DNA of 64,000 nucleotides from an uncultured Gemmataceae bacterium (GTDB lineage Bacteria; Planctomycetota; Planctomycetia; Gemmatales; Gemmataceae). Position numbers and translations under genes: made by a program. The notes below the pieces were generated by a model that was not told the origin of the DNA, did no database searches, and was given only the letters and a program-made list of their open reading frames with translations. This document shows positions 49,851 through 61,561 of this stretch, in pieces. The DNA lies in assembly GCA_963750165.1 (NCBI GenBank), contig CAVVPN010000004.1:1088001-1152000 (forward strand), read 5' to 3'. How positions within the stretch are numbered: the first letter of the stretch is position 1; each line of letters begins with the position of its first letter.

Positions 49851-51086
49851 TTAGGCCGGCCCCGCCGGGCGTTCAACCCCCATAAACTCCAGCAACGTCC
49901 GCGCCGCCGTTTGCGCAAATTCCGGGTCGTTGATGTGCAAATCCAGTTCCACCAGCTTGACCTGCGGCCCCATCCAGTTGCGCAGGCTCTGGAACAGTGC
50001 CGCGTCCGCCTCGGGCCACCAGAACGGTTGGCCCTCGCGGTCGATGGCCGAGACGCCGCGCAGTGGAATCAGCACGGCCGTCGGGCCGCGGGCGGCGCTC
50101 GCCTTCTGCGCGATTTCGCGGCCGAGCCGGTCGTTCTCCTCTGGCGTGGTCCGCATCAGTGTGACGTTGGCGTTGTGCTGGTAAAAGCGCCGGCCCGCGA
50201 ACCGCTCCGGCACCGTCGGCCGCGGCCCAAAATTCACCATGTCCAGCGCCCCCAGCGAGAGCACCTGCGGCACGCCGCACCGCGCCGCCGCCGTCAGCCG
50301 ATCCGGGCCGGCGCTCAAGATGCCGCCGACCAGCTCGTCCGCCAGTTCCGTCGTGGTCAGGTCGAGGACGCCGCGGATGAGGCCGTCGCCGATAAATGAT
50401 TCCATCGTCTGGCCGCCGGTGCCGGTAGCGTGGAACACCAGCACTTCATAGCCCGCCTGCTCCACGACCGCCCGCGCCGCCTCGACGCAGGGCGTGGTGA
50501 CGCCGAACATGGTCGCGCTGATGAGCGGTTTGTCCGCGGCACCGTCCGGCGTGGGTTTTTGCCGGCCCGTGACCATGCCGGCCATCGCCCAGGCGGCGTT
50601 GCTCAGGACGGTACGGCTGACGCGGTTCAGACCGCTAATGTCCACGACGGAGTGCAACATCAGGATGTCGCGGACGCCGACGTACTGCCGCACCTGACCG
50701 CTGGCGAGCGTGCTGACCATCACCTTGGGCACGCCGAACGGCAGCGCCCGCATGGCCGCGGTGCCGATGGTGGTGCCCGCGGAGCCGCCCAGCGCCAGCA
50801 CGCCGTCCACCTGGCCGCGCCCCGCCCGGTCGCGCACCACCGCGCTGACGCCGCGGGTCGCCGCCTCAATGGCCTGGCCGCGGTCGCCGGCCTTCTGCAG
50901 CGCCGCCAGCGTGGTGCCAGCGGCGGCAAACACCTGCTCGCGTGGCACATCCACAGGGAACGCCGGGGCGCCCAGCACGCCGGCGTCGATCACCAGCGTC
51001 CGGACGCCGGCGGTGTGCAGCAGATCGCGGACAAAGGCGATCTCGGTTCCCTTGGTGTCGAGGGTGCCGATCAGCACGACGGGCAC
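49851..51086 (-). CDS. Tm-1-like ATP-binding domain protein (UPF0261)
   Basis: [36 protein letters not shown] and GALDMVNFG motifs. Confidence 0.9.
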   Translation of the reverse strand: MPVVLIGTLDTKGTEIAFVRDLLHTAGVRTLVIDAGVLGAPAFPVDVPREQVFAAAGTTLAALQKAGDRGQAIEAATRGVSAVVRDRAGRGQVDGVLALGGSAGTTIGTAAMRALPFGVPKVMVSTLASGQVRQYVGVRDILMLHSVVDISGLNRVSRTVLSNAAWAMAGMVTGRQKPTPDGAADKPLISATMFGVTTPCVEAARAVVEQAGYEVLVFHATGTGGQTMESFIGDGLIRGVLDLTTTELADELVGGILSAGPDRLTAAARCGVPQVLSLGALDMVNFGPRPTVPERFAGRRFYQHNANVTLMRTTPEENDRLGREIAQKASAARGPTAVLIPLRGVSAIDREGQPFWWPEADAALFQSLRNWMGPQVKLVELDLHINDPEFAQTAARTLLEFMGVERPAGPA

Positions 51087-51193
51087 AGCGCGGCTCCTTT
51101 CGCTTTTTCTGCCGCAAGCGGCAGACAGAAGATGGATTCATACAATCCCCGCATAGGTTACCCCGCCCCGACACCCCAAACAACCGACAACCC

Positions 51194-52024
51194 ATGAGCT
51201 TTTTCACGCGCGAGCAGTGTCTGGGGCGACTGCGGCAACAGGTGGCGGCTGGCCAGCCGATCATCGGCGGCGGCGCCGGCACCGGCATCAGCGCGAAATG
51301 CGCCGAGGCCGGCGGCATCGACCTCATCATCATCTACAACTCAGGCCGCTTCCGTATGGCCGGCCGCGGCAGCCTCAGCGGCATGATGCCCTACGGCGAC
51401 GCCAACGGCATCGTGCTGGACATGGCTCGCGAGGTGCTGCCGGTGGTGCGGCGCACGCCGGTACTGGCGGGCGTCTGCGGCACCGACCCGTTTCGCATCA
51501 TGAAGCTGTTCCTGCGCGACATCCAGGCGCACGGCTTCAGCGGCGTGCAGAATTTTCCGACGGTCGGCCTGATCGACGGCACCTTTCGCCAGGGGCTGGA
51601 GGAGACGGAGATGGGCTACGGCCTGGAAGTGGACATGATCCGCCAGGCCGGTGAGCTGGGGTTGTTGACGTGTCCCTACGTCTTCAGCGAGGACGAGGCG
51701 AAGGCGATGGCCACGGCGGGCGCGGACGTGCTGATCCCGCACATGGGCCTGACCACCAAGGGCAGCATCGGCGCGAAGTCGGCGTTGACGCTGGCGGAGG
51801 CGGCGCGGCGCGTGCAGGCGCTGCACGACGCCGCCAAAAAGGTGAAGCCGGACATCCTGGTGCTCTGCCACGGCGGCCCCATCTCGGAGCCGGAGGACGC
51901 GCACTACATCCTCACACACACGGAGGGGATCGTGGGCTTCTTCGGAGCGTCGAGCATCGAACGGTTGCCGACCGAGATCGCCATCACGGAGTGCGTGCGC
52001 CGCTTCAAGCAGTTGAAAAAATAA
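51194..52024 (+). CDS. PEP-hydrolase-like TIM-barrel protein (Tm-1 partner)
   Basis: [43 protein letters not shown] and GASSIERLP motifs. Confidence 0.9.
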   Translation: MSFFTREQCLGRLRQQVAAGQPIIGGGAGTGISAKCAEAGGIDLIIIYNSGRFRMAGRGSLSGMMPYGDANGIVLDMAREVLPVVRRTPVLAGVCGTDPFRIMKLFLRDIQAHGFSGVQNFPTVGLIDGTFRQGLEETEMGYGLEVDMIRQAGELGLLTCPYVFSEDEAKAMATAGADVLIPHMGLTTKGSIGAKSALTLAEAARRVQALHDAAKKVKPDILVLCHGGPISEPEDAHYILTHTEGIVGFFGASSIERLPTEIAITECVRRFKQLKK

Positions 52025-52059
52025 GAGGAATTCACCGCAGAGAACGAGGTGAATTCCTC

Positions 52060-53308
52060 TTAATACCGGAAGATCACATCGAGCGTGATGCGGAAATTTT
52101 CGAGGTAATGCGGCCCCCAGAGCGGGAACTCAATGGCACCACCCGCCTGGATGCACTCCGTGAACTTGTAGCGGGCGCCGAGGGCCAGGTCGGCGTTGTT
52201 GTGGCCCGCGACGCCGCCGTAGCCGAAGTCGAACAGACCGCCGCCCTCGTAGCCCAGCGGCGCCCGGTCGCCGTTCTGCGTGTAATAGAACCAGTTCAAC
52301 TCGATCAACGGATACAGCTTGCCCCAGCCCATCACGTCATAGTCCAGGTGAAAGCTGGAGTACAGATAGTCCGTCGGCTGGTGGTCCGTCCCGAAGGAGT
52401 AACCAGTCGTGTTCAGGAAGTTAAAGCAGCCGACGAACGTCTTGAAATTCTGACCGAAACTCATGTACGGTCTCAGCGACAGATCGCTGTTGGAATTCGA
52501 CATCGGCGTGAAATTGTTCTGGGTGTTGATGTCAAAACTCAGACCGCCCGCCAGCAGCGTGCCCGTGGCCTCGCTGCGGATGAACGTGTATTTCGGCCCC
52601 AGCCGCAGTTCGCTGAAACCGTTGCGGCTTGTGACCGTCCCGTTTGAGTTATGCACGTTGAAGTCGTACCAGCCCAGCTCGCTCATGACGAGGGACAGCC
52701 GATCCGTCAGAGCCACGCGGCCCTGTAACCCCGCGAACCAGATGTCGCTGCCCGAGAAGTACGGGCTGATCGCCGGCGTGCGCTGGTAGATCAACAGCGG
52801 CTTGACTTCGGTCAGCGCGCGGGTCTTCAAACAGGAATGGGTTGCTCACCGGCGAGACGAACATGTCGAAGGCGTGGTCGCTCTGGAACAGCGCCCGGCC
52901 GTCGCCCGGCACGAAGAAGCCGCCGATGGCCGCTGGCACGTCCTCGAAGAAGCCCTTCTTGACAGTGCGGTTGCCCACGGCACAGTTGTAGGGTTCCTGG
53001 TTCGGCGGCGGGGACGCCGGCGGCGGTGGGGGGGGCGGTGGGGGCGGCGGCGGCGGCGGCACGACCCCGCTCCACGGTTCGGCGCTCTGGCCGCGGGCGA
53101 TGACGCGGAACGCGGGCGGCCCATTGGGGGCGGTCGGCGGCGCTTCCACGGCGTCGTCAGTCAGGGGCGTTGGGCGGCCCAGCTTGACCGCGGCGGCGAC
53201 ACTCGGCGAATTGGATGTCGCCGGTTGCCAGTGAGCCTCCTGGGCGCCGCCGCGCACCGCCGGCCAACACAGGATCACGATCACAGCGCTTATCCAGGTC
53301 GCGCGCAT
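52060..53308 (-). CDS. Secreted, probable outer-membrane beta-barrel protein; apparent frameshift at ~52820
   Basis: Signal peptide, poly-Pro, SDHAFD.FVSPVSNPFLFEDPRA|LTEVKP, amphipathic strands, C-terminal IFRY. Confidence 0.7.
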
Positions 53309-53589
53309 GGTGGGCCCTCCGCTGGCCGGTCAGCGCGTCCGGGTCGCGCAGGTTGCGCGCTCCTCGACGCTTGCACCTGTGGATTCGACCAACGGGGCGC
53401 CTGGGCAACAGAATGTTGGTCCGGAGGGGGCGACGGTGCCGCGGGGGAAATGAGCATTCCTTGCACAGCCGCCAGGGTTTCACCAGACTCACGACCGCGG
53501 CGCGGCAAGCAGGGGAAGATGCGATGGTTCGCGAAACGCTTCAGCACAACTAACCCGGAAGCGCCTTGATCGTTCTTGTTTCGAGAGTC

Positions 53590-53644
53590 CGAGCCCGAGC
53601 GCCAGCGCGGGGCCTGCTGTGCCCCGCGCTGGCGCTCGGACTCG
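53590..53644. repeat. REP-like hairpin (GAGCCCGAGCGCCAGCGC family)
   Basis: CGAGCCCGAGCGCCAGCGCGGGGC/GCCCCGCGCTGGCGCTCGGACTCG. Confidence 0.8.
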
Positions 53645-53669
53645 AACACGGGGTCAGCGGGAGCCGGCG

Positions 53670-55607
53670 TCACGGGTTGCCCGCTTTCGCCACCGGCTCG
53701 AACTCCACCCAGCGCGTGCGCACGTTCCGCCCCGTCGGCACCTGCCACGCCGCCGCACCCTGGCCCTCCGTGAAGACGTGTGCCGCACGGTGCGGCCCGG
53801 CGTCATCGGTCCAGTCGAATGTCACCTTCGTGGCGTCCGTTCCGGGGGTGCGGTACACCAGATGCACCTCCGCCCGTGCCACCGGCTTGCCGCCGTTGTT
53901 GCGGAAGCGCACCTGCACTCCTGGCGCGCCGTCCTTGATCTCCGCCGTGCCCCAGCACAGGCTCTGCGACCAGTAGTCGCCGGGTTCGTCGCCGCGGCGC
54001 GGGATCGTCCAGTCCTTGACCAGCGGCTGCCACGTTTTGCCGTAGCTGGTCGAGAACTCAATCTGATACTTGATGTCGGGCCGCGGCGGACTGCCGGACT
54101 GCACGTGAGCCGCCGCGTACACCGCCAGTGCCTTCCTCAAGCCCGGCGTGTGGACTTCCAGGGTGACGCTCGGCGAGCCGAACTTGCCCGCGACCACGTG
54201 GGCCGCCGCCTGTGGCAGATTCGGCCCCGCGGACACCACCGCCCGCCGCGACGCCTCGTACTGTACCGTGCTGCCCTGGTCCTTCAGTCGCGGCAGCACT
54301 GAACCATTGGCCTGACAAACCGTCGTCATGACGAGCCCCGCTTTCGCCAGCGCCTTCGCGCCGGCATTGAACTTCAAGAAATACTGCCGCCGCCCCTTGA
54401 CCTGATCGGTCAGGTCCAGCGCCCCGGCCAGCTTGCCGGCGTCGTGCCAGGTCTTGCCCTGATCGACCGAGACGAACACCTTGCAGTCCGCCTGGCCGCG
54501 CACCACCAACCCATTGCGACAGCCGGCGTCGTAAATGCCCCACGGCTTCGCGTTCGGCGGCGTCGCAGCGATGATGTACGGCGTGTAAAACGTAAAGGTC
54601 ACTTCATTCGGCCCTTCCTCAAGGACGCCGTCCGTGTAGTCATTGCTGGCGAAGTCCGGCCGGTAGGTGTAGACGGCGTTGGCGTAGCGGGCCTGGCCGG
54701 GCTTGTAGCCGGCACCGGTCTTCGAGCCGTGCATCCTGTCCGGCTGGTTGACCCAGGTATGCGACCGCTCCGGCCCCGGCACGCCAGCGGTGTTGTAATT
54801 GCGACCCCAGAACACAAACGTCTTGCCGTCCGCCAGGCCCGGTTCCAGGTAGCGGCGCAGCGTTTCGCCGCGGCGCAGATGCACCAGCGGTGGCGGCCCA
54901 CTGTAGCCGGCCAGGTACTCCGCCACCGCGTAACGGGCGTAGGAGCCGCCGTCGCTCGGGTGCAGACCGCACACCAGCCAGCCGTGCTGCCGGCCCGGCA
55001 AATACTGGCGGTCGGTCAACTTCTTCCAGTCCTTGTAGATTTCGGCCAGCGACAGCAGGGCGGTGCCGTCCTTGTTGTAGATGACCGTGGACAGGTCGTG
55101 ATCGAGGAGCACCCACTTGCCCTTACCATAGGGGCCGCCGGTCAGGAAGACCTCAAAGGCGTTGTGGCCCTCGGTGCCGACGCCGCGGCCACGGCTGTGG
55201 CCGAACAACGCCTGCATCTCCGCGACCCATTGCGAGTGTGTGGTGCCGCACAGGCCGAAGCCGTGGGCAAACAGCCCCGTCCAGTATTCGCGCGCCCGCA
55301 CGTCCGGGCCCTTGCGGAAACCCTGGCCCCACAAATCCTCCGCCCCCTCCTCGCCGTGCCAGTAGTGCGTGTTGCGCCACAGCCAGGCCGCCAGCGCCTT
55401 CTGCTCATCGGTCGTCGGTTTGACGCCGACCACGCGCTGGTACAGCGCCGCCTGGGTGGCGAACAGGCGCTCGAAGGTCGAGCAGGACAGCTCGCCCGGA
55501 TACCAGGGGTGATCGGTGCGCACCTGGGGGTCGCCCACGTCCGCCCACGCCGGGGCCGCCGCCAGCAGTCCGAACGCCACGCCGATGCCGACCAACCAGC
55601 TCCGCAT
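53670..55607 (-). CDS. Secreted protein with transglutaminase-like Cys-His-Asp pattern
   Basis: Signal peptide (AWA); GLCGTTH..GHNAFEV..WVLLDHD. Confidence 0.65.
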   Translation of the reverse strand: MRSWLVGIGVAFGLLAAAPAWADVGDPQVRTDHPWYPGELSCSTFERLFATQAALYQRVVGVKPTTDEQKALAAWLWRNTHYWHGEEGAEDLWGQGFRKGPDVRAREYWTGLFAHGFGLCGTTHSQWVAEMQALFGHSRGRGVGTEGHNAFEVFLTGGPYGKGKWVLLDHDLSTVIYNKDGTALLSLAEIYKDWKKLTDRQYLPGRQHGWLVCGLHPSDGGSYARYAVAEYLAGYSGPPPLVHLRRGETLRRYLEPGLADGKTFVFWGRNYNTAGVPGPERSHTWVNQPDRMHGSKTGAGYKPGQARYANAVYTYRPDFASNDYTDGVLEEGPNEVTFTFYTPYIIAATPPNAKPWGIYDAGCRNGLVVRGQADCKVFVSVDQGKTWHDAGKLAGALDLTDQVKGRRQYFLKFNAGAKALAKAGLVMTTVCQANGSVLPRLKDQGSTVQYEASRRAVVSAGPNLPQAAAHVVAGKFGSPSVTLEVHTPGLRKALAVYAAAHVQSGSPPRPDIKYQIEFSTSYGKTWQPLVKDWTIPRRGDEPGDYWSQSLCWGTAEIKDGAPGVQVRFRNNGGKPVARAEVHLVYRTPGTDATKVTFDWTDDAGPHRAAHVFTEGQGAAAWQVPTGRNVRTRWVEFEPVAKAGNP

Positions 55608-56300
55608 GAAGCACCTCCCACAACAGGTTTTGAAAGGGCGTCTCCCGAACGGGGAACCGGGCGCATACCCGTCCCCCTGCCGCTCTGAATCTGGAGGCGA
55701 GCGGCCCTGTCCGCGGCGGGAAGCCCAGCAGCCGGCCATGAGACATTTTTAACTTAATCCGCCTTTACGACATTTACTGAGATTGATATGTATATGTATG
55801 AGAAAGTAAAAAATCGCCCACGTTGTTTTCACTGACCATATCCCAAAATGGTCTGGTGGAATGGAGCAATGCTGGTTTCACACCAAACCAACCCCTTGAT
55901 GATCGGTCCAGCTATAAAGGAATGCATCATGCGTCACCCGAGCCCAGCCGGTTCGCTGCCACAGCCGTGAGAATTCTTTCCATCCGCTGTCGAGCCATTC
56001 TGCCGTAACACCCCTCAGATAATAACGTAATCGTCGTCTCTCCACGACGACCGCGGCTTGGTTCAGAACACCGGCTCGCGCACCGCTCATCGGGCGTCAC
56101 CGCCGATGGTTCCGCTTGGCCGTCCGCTGGTATCCCGTGGCAAACTCTCCGTGAAGGGCAAGGAGCGAAGCTCACGTCGGGCCGTCCTTCACCGAACCAT
56201 CAAACCTCCAACCACCGCGCTGGCGACGCGCGGAGGGGGATGGCGTTGCGCCGTCCAGGTCGAGTTGATTGAATCTCTCCAGGAACCAGCAGGCCCAACC

Positions 56301-57533
56301 ATGAAGACAACCCTTGCCCCTCCGGCGTTTCGCCCCGCACCTGCCCCGCGCCTCGCAATGGCGCACGGCGTTGCCGCCGGAGCCTCGAGGTCGCAACCCG
56401 CCCCAGACGGGGCGGACACGGCGCCCCGCCCGCGCACCCGGTGGAAGCCACCCTGACCACCTTGTGGCAAGCGATCCTTCAGGTCCCGGCGGTCGGCCCC
56501 CGGGATGACTTTTTCGCCCTGGGGGGCGATTCGATGGCCGCCGTTGAGTTGTTTCATGAAATCCACAAGGTATTCGGCGAGCGCTTCCCCTTGGAGACGA
56601 TCTTCCAGGCATCGACGGTGGAGCAACTCGGCCGGTTGATCGGCCGGCACACCCCGACTCCGGCCCAGCGCCTGGTGCCGATCCAACCGGCCGGCACGCG
56701 GCCGCCCTTCTTCTGCGTCCACGGCGTGGGCGGCGAGGTCGTCAACCTGCACCGGTTGGCCCACCACCTGGGGGGCGACCGCCCCTTCATCGCCATCCAG
56801 TCGCTGGCCCTGCGCACGGGCACGCCGCCGGGACGAATCGAGGACATCGCCGCCGCCTACCTGCAAGAGCTGCTGGCTTTCCGGCCGACCGGCCCGTACT
56901 ACCTCGGCGGCTACTCCTTCGGCGCCACGGTCGCCTACGAGATGGCGCAGCAGCTCCGCCGGGACGGCCGGGACGTGGCCTGCGTGGCCCTCCTCGACCG
57001 TCGGCGCCGGCAGGTCTCCGCGGACAACGCCTGGGACCTGCCGGTGCTGGCCCGCTGTCTGGGGAACGTGCCGCAGTGGCTCCGGGACGACGGGCACCGC
57101 CTGCGGCCCGGCAGCCTGTCCGTGCGCGTGGGGCGGCGGGCGAGCGGCCTGGCGCGGCGCTGGCTGTCGTGGGCGTGGCCCGGCCGCCGCGCCGACGCGG
57201 CGCCGGACGTGCCGGACTGCTTCGACCTGGACCGCCTGTCGGACGACTCCCTGGCTCTGCTGCAGGCGCACTACCCGGGCGCTGCGGGAGTACGAGCCGC
57301 AGCCCTACCCGGGCCGCGTGTTCCTGTTCCGGGCGCGCACGCAGCCGCTGCTGCCGGGCGACTGGCACCGGCTCGACATGGGCTGGGGCGGCCTGGCGGG
57401 AGGCGGGCTGTGCGTCGTCCCCGTCCCGGGCAACCACGCCACCCTCCTCGAAGAGCCGCACGTCGCCGTGCTGGCACGCAAGCTCCGGGCGGCCCTCGCT
57501 TCCGCCCCCAGCGGGTCGCGCACCGCGAATTGA
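56301..57533 (+). CDS. Stand-alone carrier protein (PCP)-thioesterase didomain; apparent frameshifts at ~56437 and ~57275
   Basis: [33 protein letters not shown]-terminal LFRA..GW..VPGNH in another frame. Confidence 0.8.
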
Positions 57534-57670
57534 TCAAATTTGCACATTTCTTCCCATTATTATTCCTTTGGCCGCCGGTTCTTCCGAGTGCCGGCGGCCG
57601 GGCTGGCGCCGCACGCCGGCACCGACGGGACCGCGGCGCGGGCGAGGTCGCCTTGCGTGATCTGGCAACT

Positions 57671-57679
57671 TGTTATAAT
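57671..57679 (+). promoter_or_regulatory. Extended -10 element upstream of guaB
   Basis: TGTTATAAT ending 36 nt before the ATG. Confidence 0.45.
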
Positions 57680-57715
57680 GGGCAAGAAAGCCTCTCGTCA
57701 GGAGACTTCCCCATC

Positions 57716-59200
57716 ATGCAAGACCGCATCGCGTATCAGGGCATCACGTTTGACGACGTGCTGCTGGAGCCCGCCTACAGCGACGTGTTGCCCCGGGACG
57801 CGGACGTCCGCACGCTGCTGACGCGCACCATCCGCCTGAACCTCCCCATCGTTTCCTCGCCGATGGACACCGTCACCGAGAGCGACCTGGCCATCGCCCT
57901 GGCGCAGGAGGGCGGCATCGGCATCATCCACAAGAACATGTCGATCGCCCACCAGACGCGCGAGGTCGATAAGGCCAAGCGCAGCGAGAACGGCATCATC
58001 ACCGACCCGGTGACGCTGCCGCCCGACGAGACGGTCGGCACCGCCAAGCGGCTCATGGACACGCACAAGGTGAGCGGCGTGCCCATCACGGTCAACGGCT
58101 ATCTGCGCGGCATCCTCACGCGCCGCGACCTGCGCTTCCTGCGCGACAACAACCAGAAAATCGCCGAGGTCATGACCCGCGACAACCTGGTAACCGCCGC
58201 GGAGAATACGACGCTGGAAGCGGCTGAGCGGATTTTGACGGAAAATAAAGTGGAGAAACTCTTGCTGGTGGACGAAAAATATAAACTGAAGGGCCTGATC
58301 ACCATCAAGGACATCGACAAGTTGACGAACTTCCCCGCTGCGTGCAAGGACGAGCGCGGCCGGCTGCGCGTTGGGGCGGCTCTGGGCATCCACGACTACG
58401 AGCGTGCCGAGTCGCTCATCAAGGCGGGTGTCGATGTGCTGGTGGTCGATTCGGCGCACGGCCACTCGAAAAACGTTGTCGAGACGGTGCGCAAGCTCAA
58501 GCAGCAGCACGACATCGCGGTCATCGCCGGCAACATCGCCACCAGCGAGGGCGCCCGCGCCCTGGTGGACGCCGGCGCGGACGGCGTGAAGGCTGGTCTT
58601 GGCCCCGGGTCCATTTGCACAACGCGGATCGTTTCGGGGGTTGGCGTGCCGCAGATCACCGCCGTGTACCAGGCGGTCCAGGGCATCAAGGGCAGCGGCG
58701 TGCCGGTCATCGCCGACGGCGGCATCCGCTACTCGGGCGATCTGGTGAAGGCGCTGGCGGCAGGGGCGCACAGTGTCATGCTTGGCGGCCTGCTGGCGGG
58801 CCTGGCGGAGAGCCCCGGGCAGACGATCATTTACAAGGGACGCAGTTTCAAGACGTATCGCGGCATGGGCTCCATCGGGGCCATGGTGGCCGGGTCGAGC
58901 GATCGCTACCGACAGCCGGACGCGCCGCCGGGCAGCGGTAAACTGGTGCCGGAGGGGGTCGAGGGTCGCGTACCCTACAAGGGCAATCTGGCTCCGTTCG
59001 TCTACCAGCTGGTCGGTGGGCTGCGGGCCGGCATGGGCTACTGTGGCACGAGGAATATCGAGGAATTGCGCACGCGTTCCCGCTTCATCCTGGTGAGCGG
59101 CGCGTCGGTGCAGGAGAGCCACCCACATGACATCGCCATTACGCAGGAAGCGCCGAACTACAGTTCACGGAACGAGCTGGCGAGCACGGACGGCGGCTAG
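57716..59200 (+). CDS. guaB: IMP dehydrogenase
   Basis: [18 protein letters not shown] pair, [32 protein letters not shown] and ESHPHD motifs. Confidence 0.97.
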   Translation: MQDRIAYQGITFDDVLLEPAYSDVLPRDADVRTLLTRTIRLNLPIVSSPMDTVTESDLAIALAQEGGIGIIHKNMSIAHQTREVDKAKRSENGIITDPVTLPPDETVGTAKRLMDTHKVSGVPITVNGYLRGILTRRDLRFLRDNNQKIAEVMTRDNLVTAAENTTLEAAERILTENKVEKLLLVDEKYKLKGLITIKDIDKLTNFPAACKDERGRLRVGAALGIHDYERAESLIKAGVDVLVVDSAHGHSKNVVETVRKLKQQHDIAVIAGNIATSEGARALVDAGADGVKAGLGPGSICTTRIVSGVGVPQITAVYQAVQGIKGSGVPVIADGGIRYSGDLVKALAAGAHSVMLGGLLAGLAESPGQTIIYKGRSFKTYRGMGSIGAMVAGSSDRYRQPDAPPGSGKLVPEGVEGRVPYKGNLAPFVYQLVGGLRAGMGYCGTRNIEELRTRSRFILVSGASVQESHPHDIAITQEAPNYSSRNELASTDGG

Positions 59201-60158
59201 CCTCCTGGTTCTGGGCGGCCTGCTCGGCGGCCGTGCCGCCGCGCAGCAGGTCGCGCTGCCTGTGCGACCGGTTACGCCGGCCGCCCTGGCCGACAACCTG
59301 CCCGCTCCGCCCGCGAACATCACTAACCTGCCGCCGCTGCCCAACCTCGCCCCGCCCACGCCGCCGGTGCCGCCCGTACCCAACGGCCGCCGGCAGCCCC
59401 CGGCGCACCTGCCGCCGCCCGCGCCGGCCGCGCCTCCAAGCACGACCCTGCACTTCAGCCGTGACCCGGTGGGGCCGACTCCGCTGGGGCAGTACCTGGC
59501 CCCGTTCACACCGCCCGAGGGGCCGATGAACCAGGCGCTGCTGGCCCTGGGTACGGTCCAGGTCAGCCCGGCGTACACCGGGCCGGTGGCCATGCCGACG
59601 ACGCAACCGCCCAACTTCGGCCTGGGTCTGGCGCCGCTGTCGCCGCGGCAGCGCCGGGTGCTGGAGGAGAATCTGGATTACAGTATCCAGCTGGAAATCC
59701 CGAGCATCTACAAGTTGACGCGCCTGGAGTCCGAGGCCGCGCTGAAGGAGCGTATGCGGAACGAATTTCGGCTCCGCGGCGACCGCATCGTCTTCCCGGA
59801 GGAGCAGCCCCTGTCGCGCGCGCCGTACCAGGGCCGGCAGTGGCCGCCGTCGATCGAGATCGTCGAGCCGGCCTACGTCTGCCACCACCGCCTCTACTTC
59901 GAGCAGATCAACAGCGAACGCCTGGGTTGGTCGGTGGGATTTTTGCAGCCGGCGGTCAGCGCCCTGCACTTCTACTGGGATGCGTTCCTGCTGCCGTACC
60001 ATCTCGCCACGCTGCCGGGCAAGGAGTTTGATTGCAGTGCCGGCAAGTGCTTCCCGGGCGACCCGGCGCCGCTGGCCCTGTATCCGCCGATGCTGAGCGT
60101 GACCGGCGTGCTCGCCGAGACAGCCGTGCTCACGACTGGGTTCTTTGTCTTCCCGTAG
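59127..60158 (+). CDS. Pro-rich secreted hypothetical protein (start uncertain)
   Basis: Signal-like segment; C-terminal [30 protein letters not shown]. Confidence 0.65.
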   Translation: MTSPLRRKRRTTVHGTSWRARTAASLLVLGGLLGGRAAAQQVALPVRPVTPAALADNLPAPPANITNLPPLPNLAPPTPPVPPVPNGRRQPPAHLPPPAPAAPPSTTLHFSRDPVGPTPLGQYLAPFTPPEGPMNQALLALGTVQVSPAYTGPVAMPTTQPPNFGLGLAPLSPRQRRVLEENLDYSIQLEIPSIYKLTRLESEAALKERMRNEFRLRGDRIVFPEEQPLSRAPYQGRQWPPSIEIVEPAYVCHHRLYFEQINSERLGWSVGFLQPAVSALHFYWDAFLLPYHLATLPGKEFDCSAGKCFPGDPAPLALYPPMLSVTGVLAETAVLTTGFFVFP

Positions 60159-60444
60159 GCACCGGGCATTGGAAGCGGCGGCGGGAAGAAGTGTCCTCCG
60201 GATGCTGCGTTCGTAGTACCGCCTTCAGAGAGCGTCCAGCTTTGCAAGTGTTGGAAAATGATGGACGGCGCGGCGGCGGCGCCATTCCAATTCGGCTGCC
60301 GTTCCTTTGGTTCTCATACCCTTATTCTACTCGCCGCGTCGCATGTGATGTCTTTAGAAAAGTCGGACGCAGTAGATGCCCCGGCATATATTACCCCGGC
60401 AGGAAAGATCTTCATAAGCACGACGAGCCAAAGACGAGATTCGG

Positions 60445-61305
60445 CTACTGGTACTTCGGGCCTGTATGACCTTCTTTCGTGCGGCGGTAATACTCACGCA
60501 GCGGGAGACTTACCAAGCCGGACCTACGGCACGCATCGAGAACCTTCGCCCGCCCGCCGTCGGACGCACTGAGAATGTAACTGTTTGCAGGCAACTCGGG
60601 AAATCGGTCGGCAAATCCTGGCATGAGGTCTTTCAGTTCCGAATACCGAGGATCGTCCTTGCGAACAAATCCTCGGGGCACGGTATTCGGACTGATCCAA
60701 ACCCACTCAGGATTCTGAGATTGATCCGCCCCGAGGCGGGCGCGATATGTTGGATAGCCGTGGGCCCACGTATCCGGAGGTTCAAATTGGACGCCGAGCT
60801 GCACGGACAAACCGGCTTTCACGTTTTCGATGTCGGCGACGGCTTCCAAGACGTATTCATCATCGACGCGGATTTGGAGCATGTCGAGGTAGTCAGCGAA
60901 CGAACTCGCAATAGGAAGCTCCTCGTCGCATTCGATATCCGCAAGGGTGATCGCCGGAGCCTGTTGGTTCTTCCGATAATCCAGACAAAGGTGCCAATGC
61001 CCGTCGCCATCGAAGGGGATCAGTCCCTCAAGCGGGAAACCGACGTACGCCTGCGCTTCGTCCCAATCGAACCTGGTGAGAGATGGGAAAAACGGACCGA
61101 TGCCAGCGATCGTGTTATGGACATTCTCCGGTAGCTCATACCGAAGGTAGCCCCCATTCTGTTTCCGCAGCAGGGTCAGGTACTCGCTTGGAAGCCTGCA
61201 GCCGAGCGCCTTTTCAGCTGATGCAACGGCTTCGTCCGTCAAAGAAGGCTGAAGGTACGGCAAATAAGCCGGAACGCGCCAAATGGTGTCTGCGGTTGCG
61301 CCCAC
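60445..61305 (-). CDS. SMI1/KNR4 (SUKH) family protein, cassette-borne
   Basis: EKALGCRLPSEYLTLLRKQNGG..GDGHWHLCLDYR..IASSFADYL; GGAG RBS just after the att site. Confidence 0.85.
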   Translation of the reverse strand: MGATADTIWRVPAYLPYLQPSLTDEAVASAEKALGCRLPSEYLTLLRKQNGGYLRYELPENVHNTIAGIGPFFPSLTRFDWDEAQAYVGFPLEGLIPFDGDGHWHLCLDYRKNQQAPAITLADIECDEELPIASSFADYLDMLQIRVDDEYVLEAVADIENVKAGLSVQLGVQFEPPDTWAHGYPTYRARLGADQSQNPEWVWISPNTVPRGFVRKDDPRYSELKDLMPGFADRFPELPANSYILSASDGGRAKVLDACRRSGLVSLPLREYYRRTKEGHTGPKYQ

Positions 61306-61323
61306 GAGTAACGCTCCGTTGGC

Positions 61324-61419
61324 ATCTAACGGGCAAGCTCAGCGGCTGCGGGGGCCGGAGAGCCGTTGAACTCGGAAAGCCGCAATGCCCCCGCAGTCCG
61401 CTGAAGCGGGTGGTTCGAG
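61324..61419 (-). other. attC-like site (canonical GTTAGAT R' box)
   Basis: Minus strand CTCGAAC-CACCCG-CTTCAGCGGACTGCGGGGGC...GCCCCCGCAGCCGCTGAGC-TTGCCC-GTTAGAT. Confidence 0.85.
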
Positions 61420-61463
61420 CCCCCACTACCTGACACCGAAACCCACTGACCGCAGGACTGGCC

Positions 61464-61561
61464 CCACTACCTTTGACCACGCCCGAGCAGCGGGACTCGG
61501 GGACCTGTGAGGTCCCGAACGCTTACGTCCCCCGCCGGTCAGAGGCGCTATCAGGTTCGGA
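61464..61561 (-). other. Degenerate attC-like site
   Basis: TCCGAAC..GACCGGCGGGGG..TAA..TCCCGCTGC aligns loosely with 62101-62196; the upstream ORF stops inside it. Confidence 0.5.

Noticed and set aside
55823..55930. Riboswitch upstream of the PCP-TE or hypothetical gene
   Set aside because: Only a small GACCAT/ATGGTC stem; no known aptamer consensus recognised.
56441..59200. 919-aa PCP-TE-IMPDH fusion in the ORF track
   Set aside because: An extra C near 57275 shifts the TE frame into the guaB frame. The true TE C-terminus ends at 57533, and guaB has its own extended -10, RBS and ATG at 57716.
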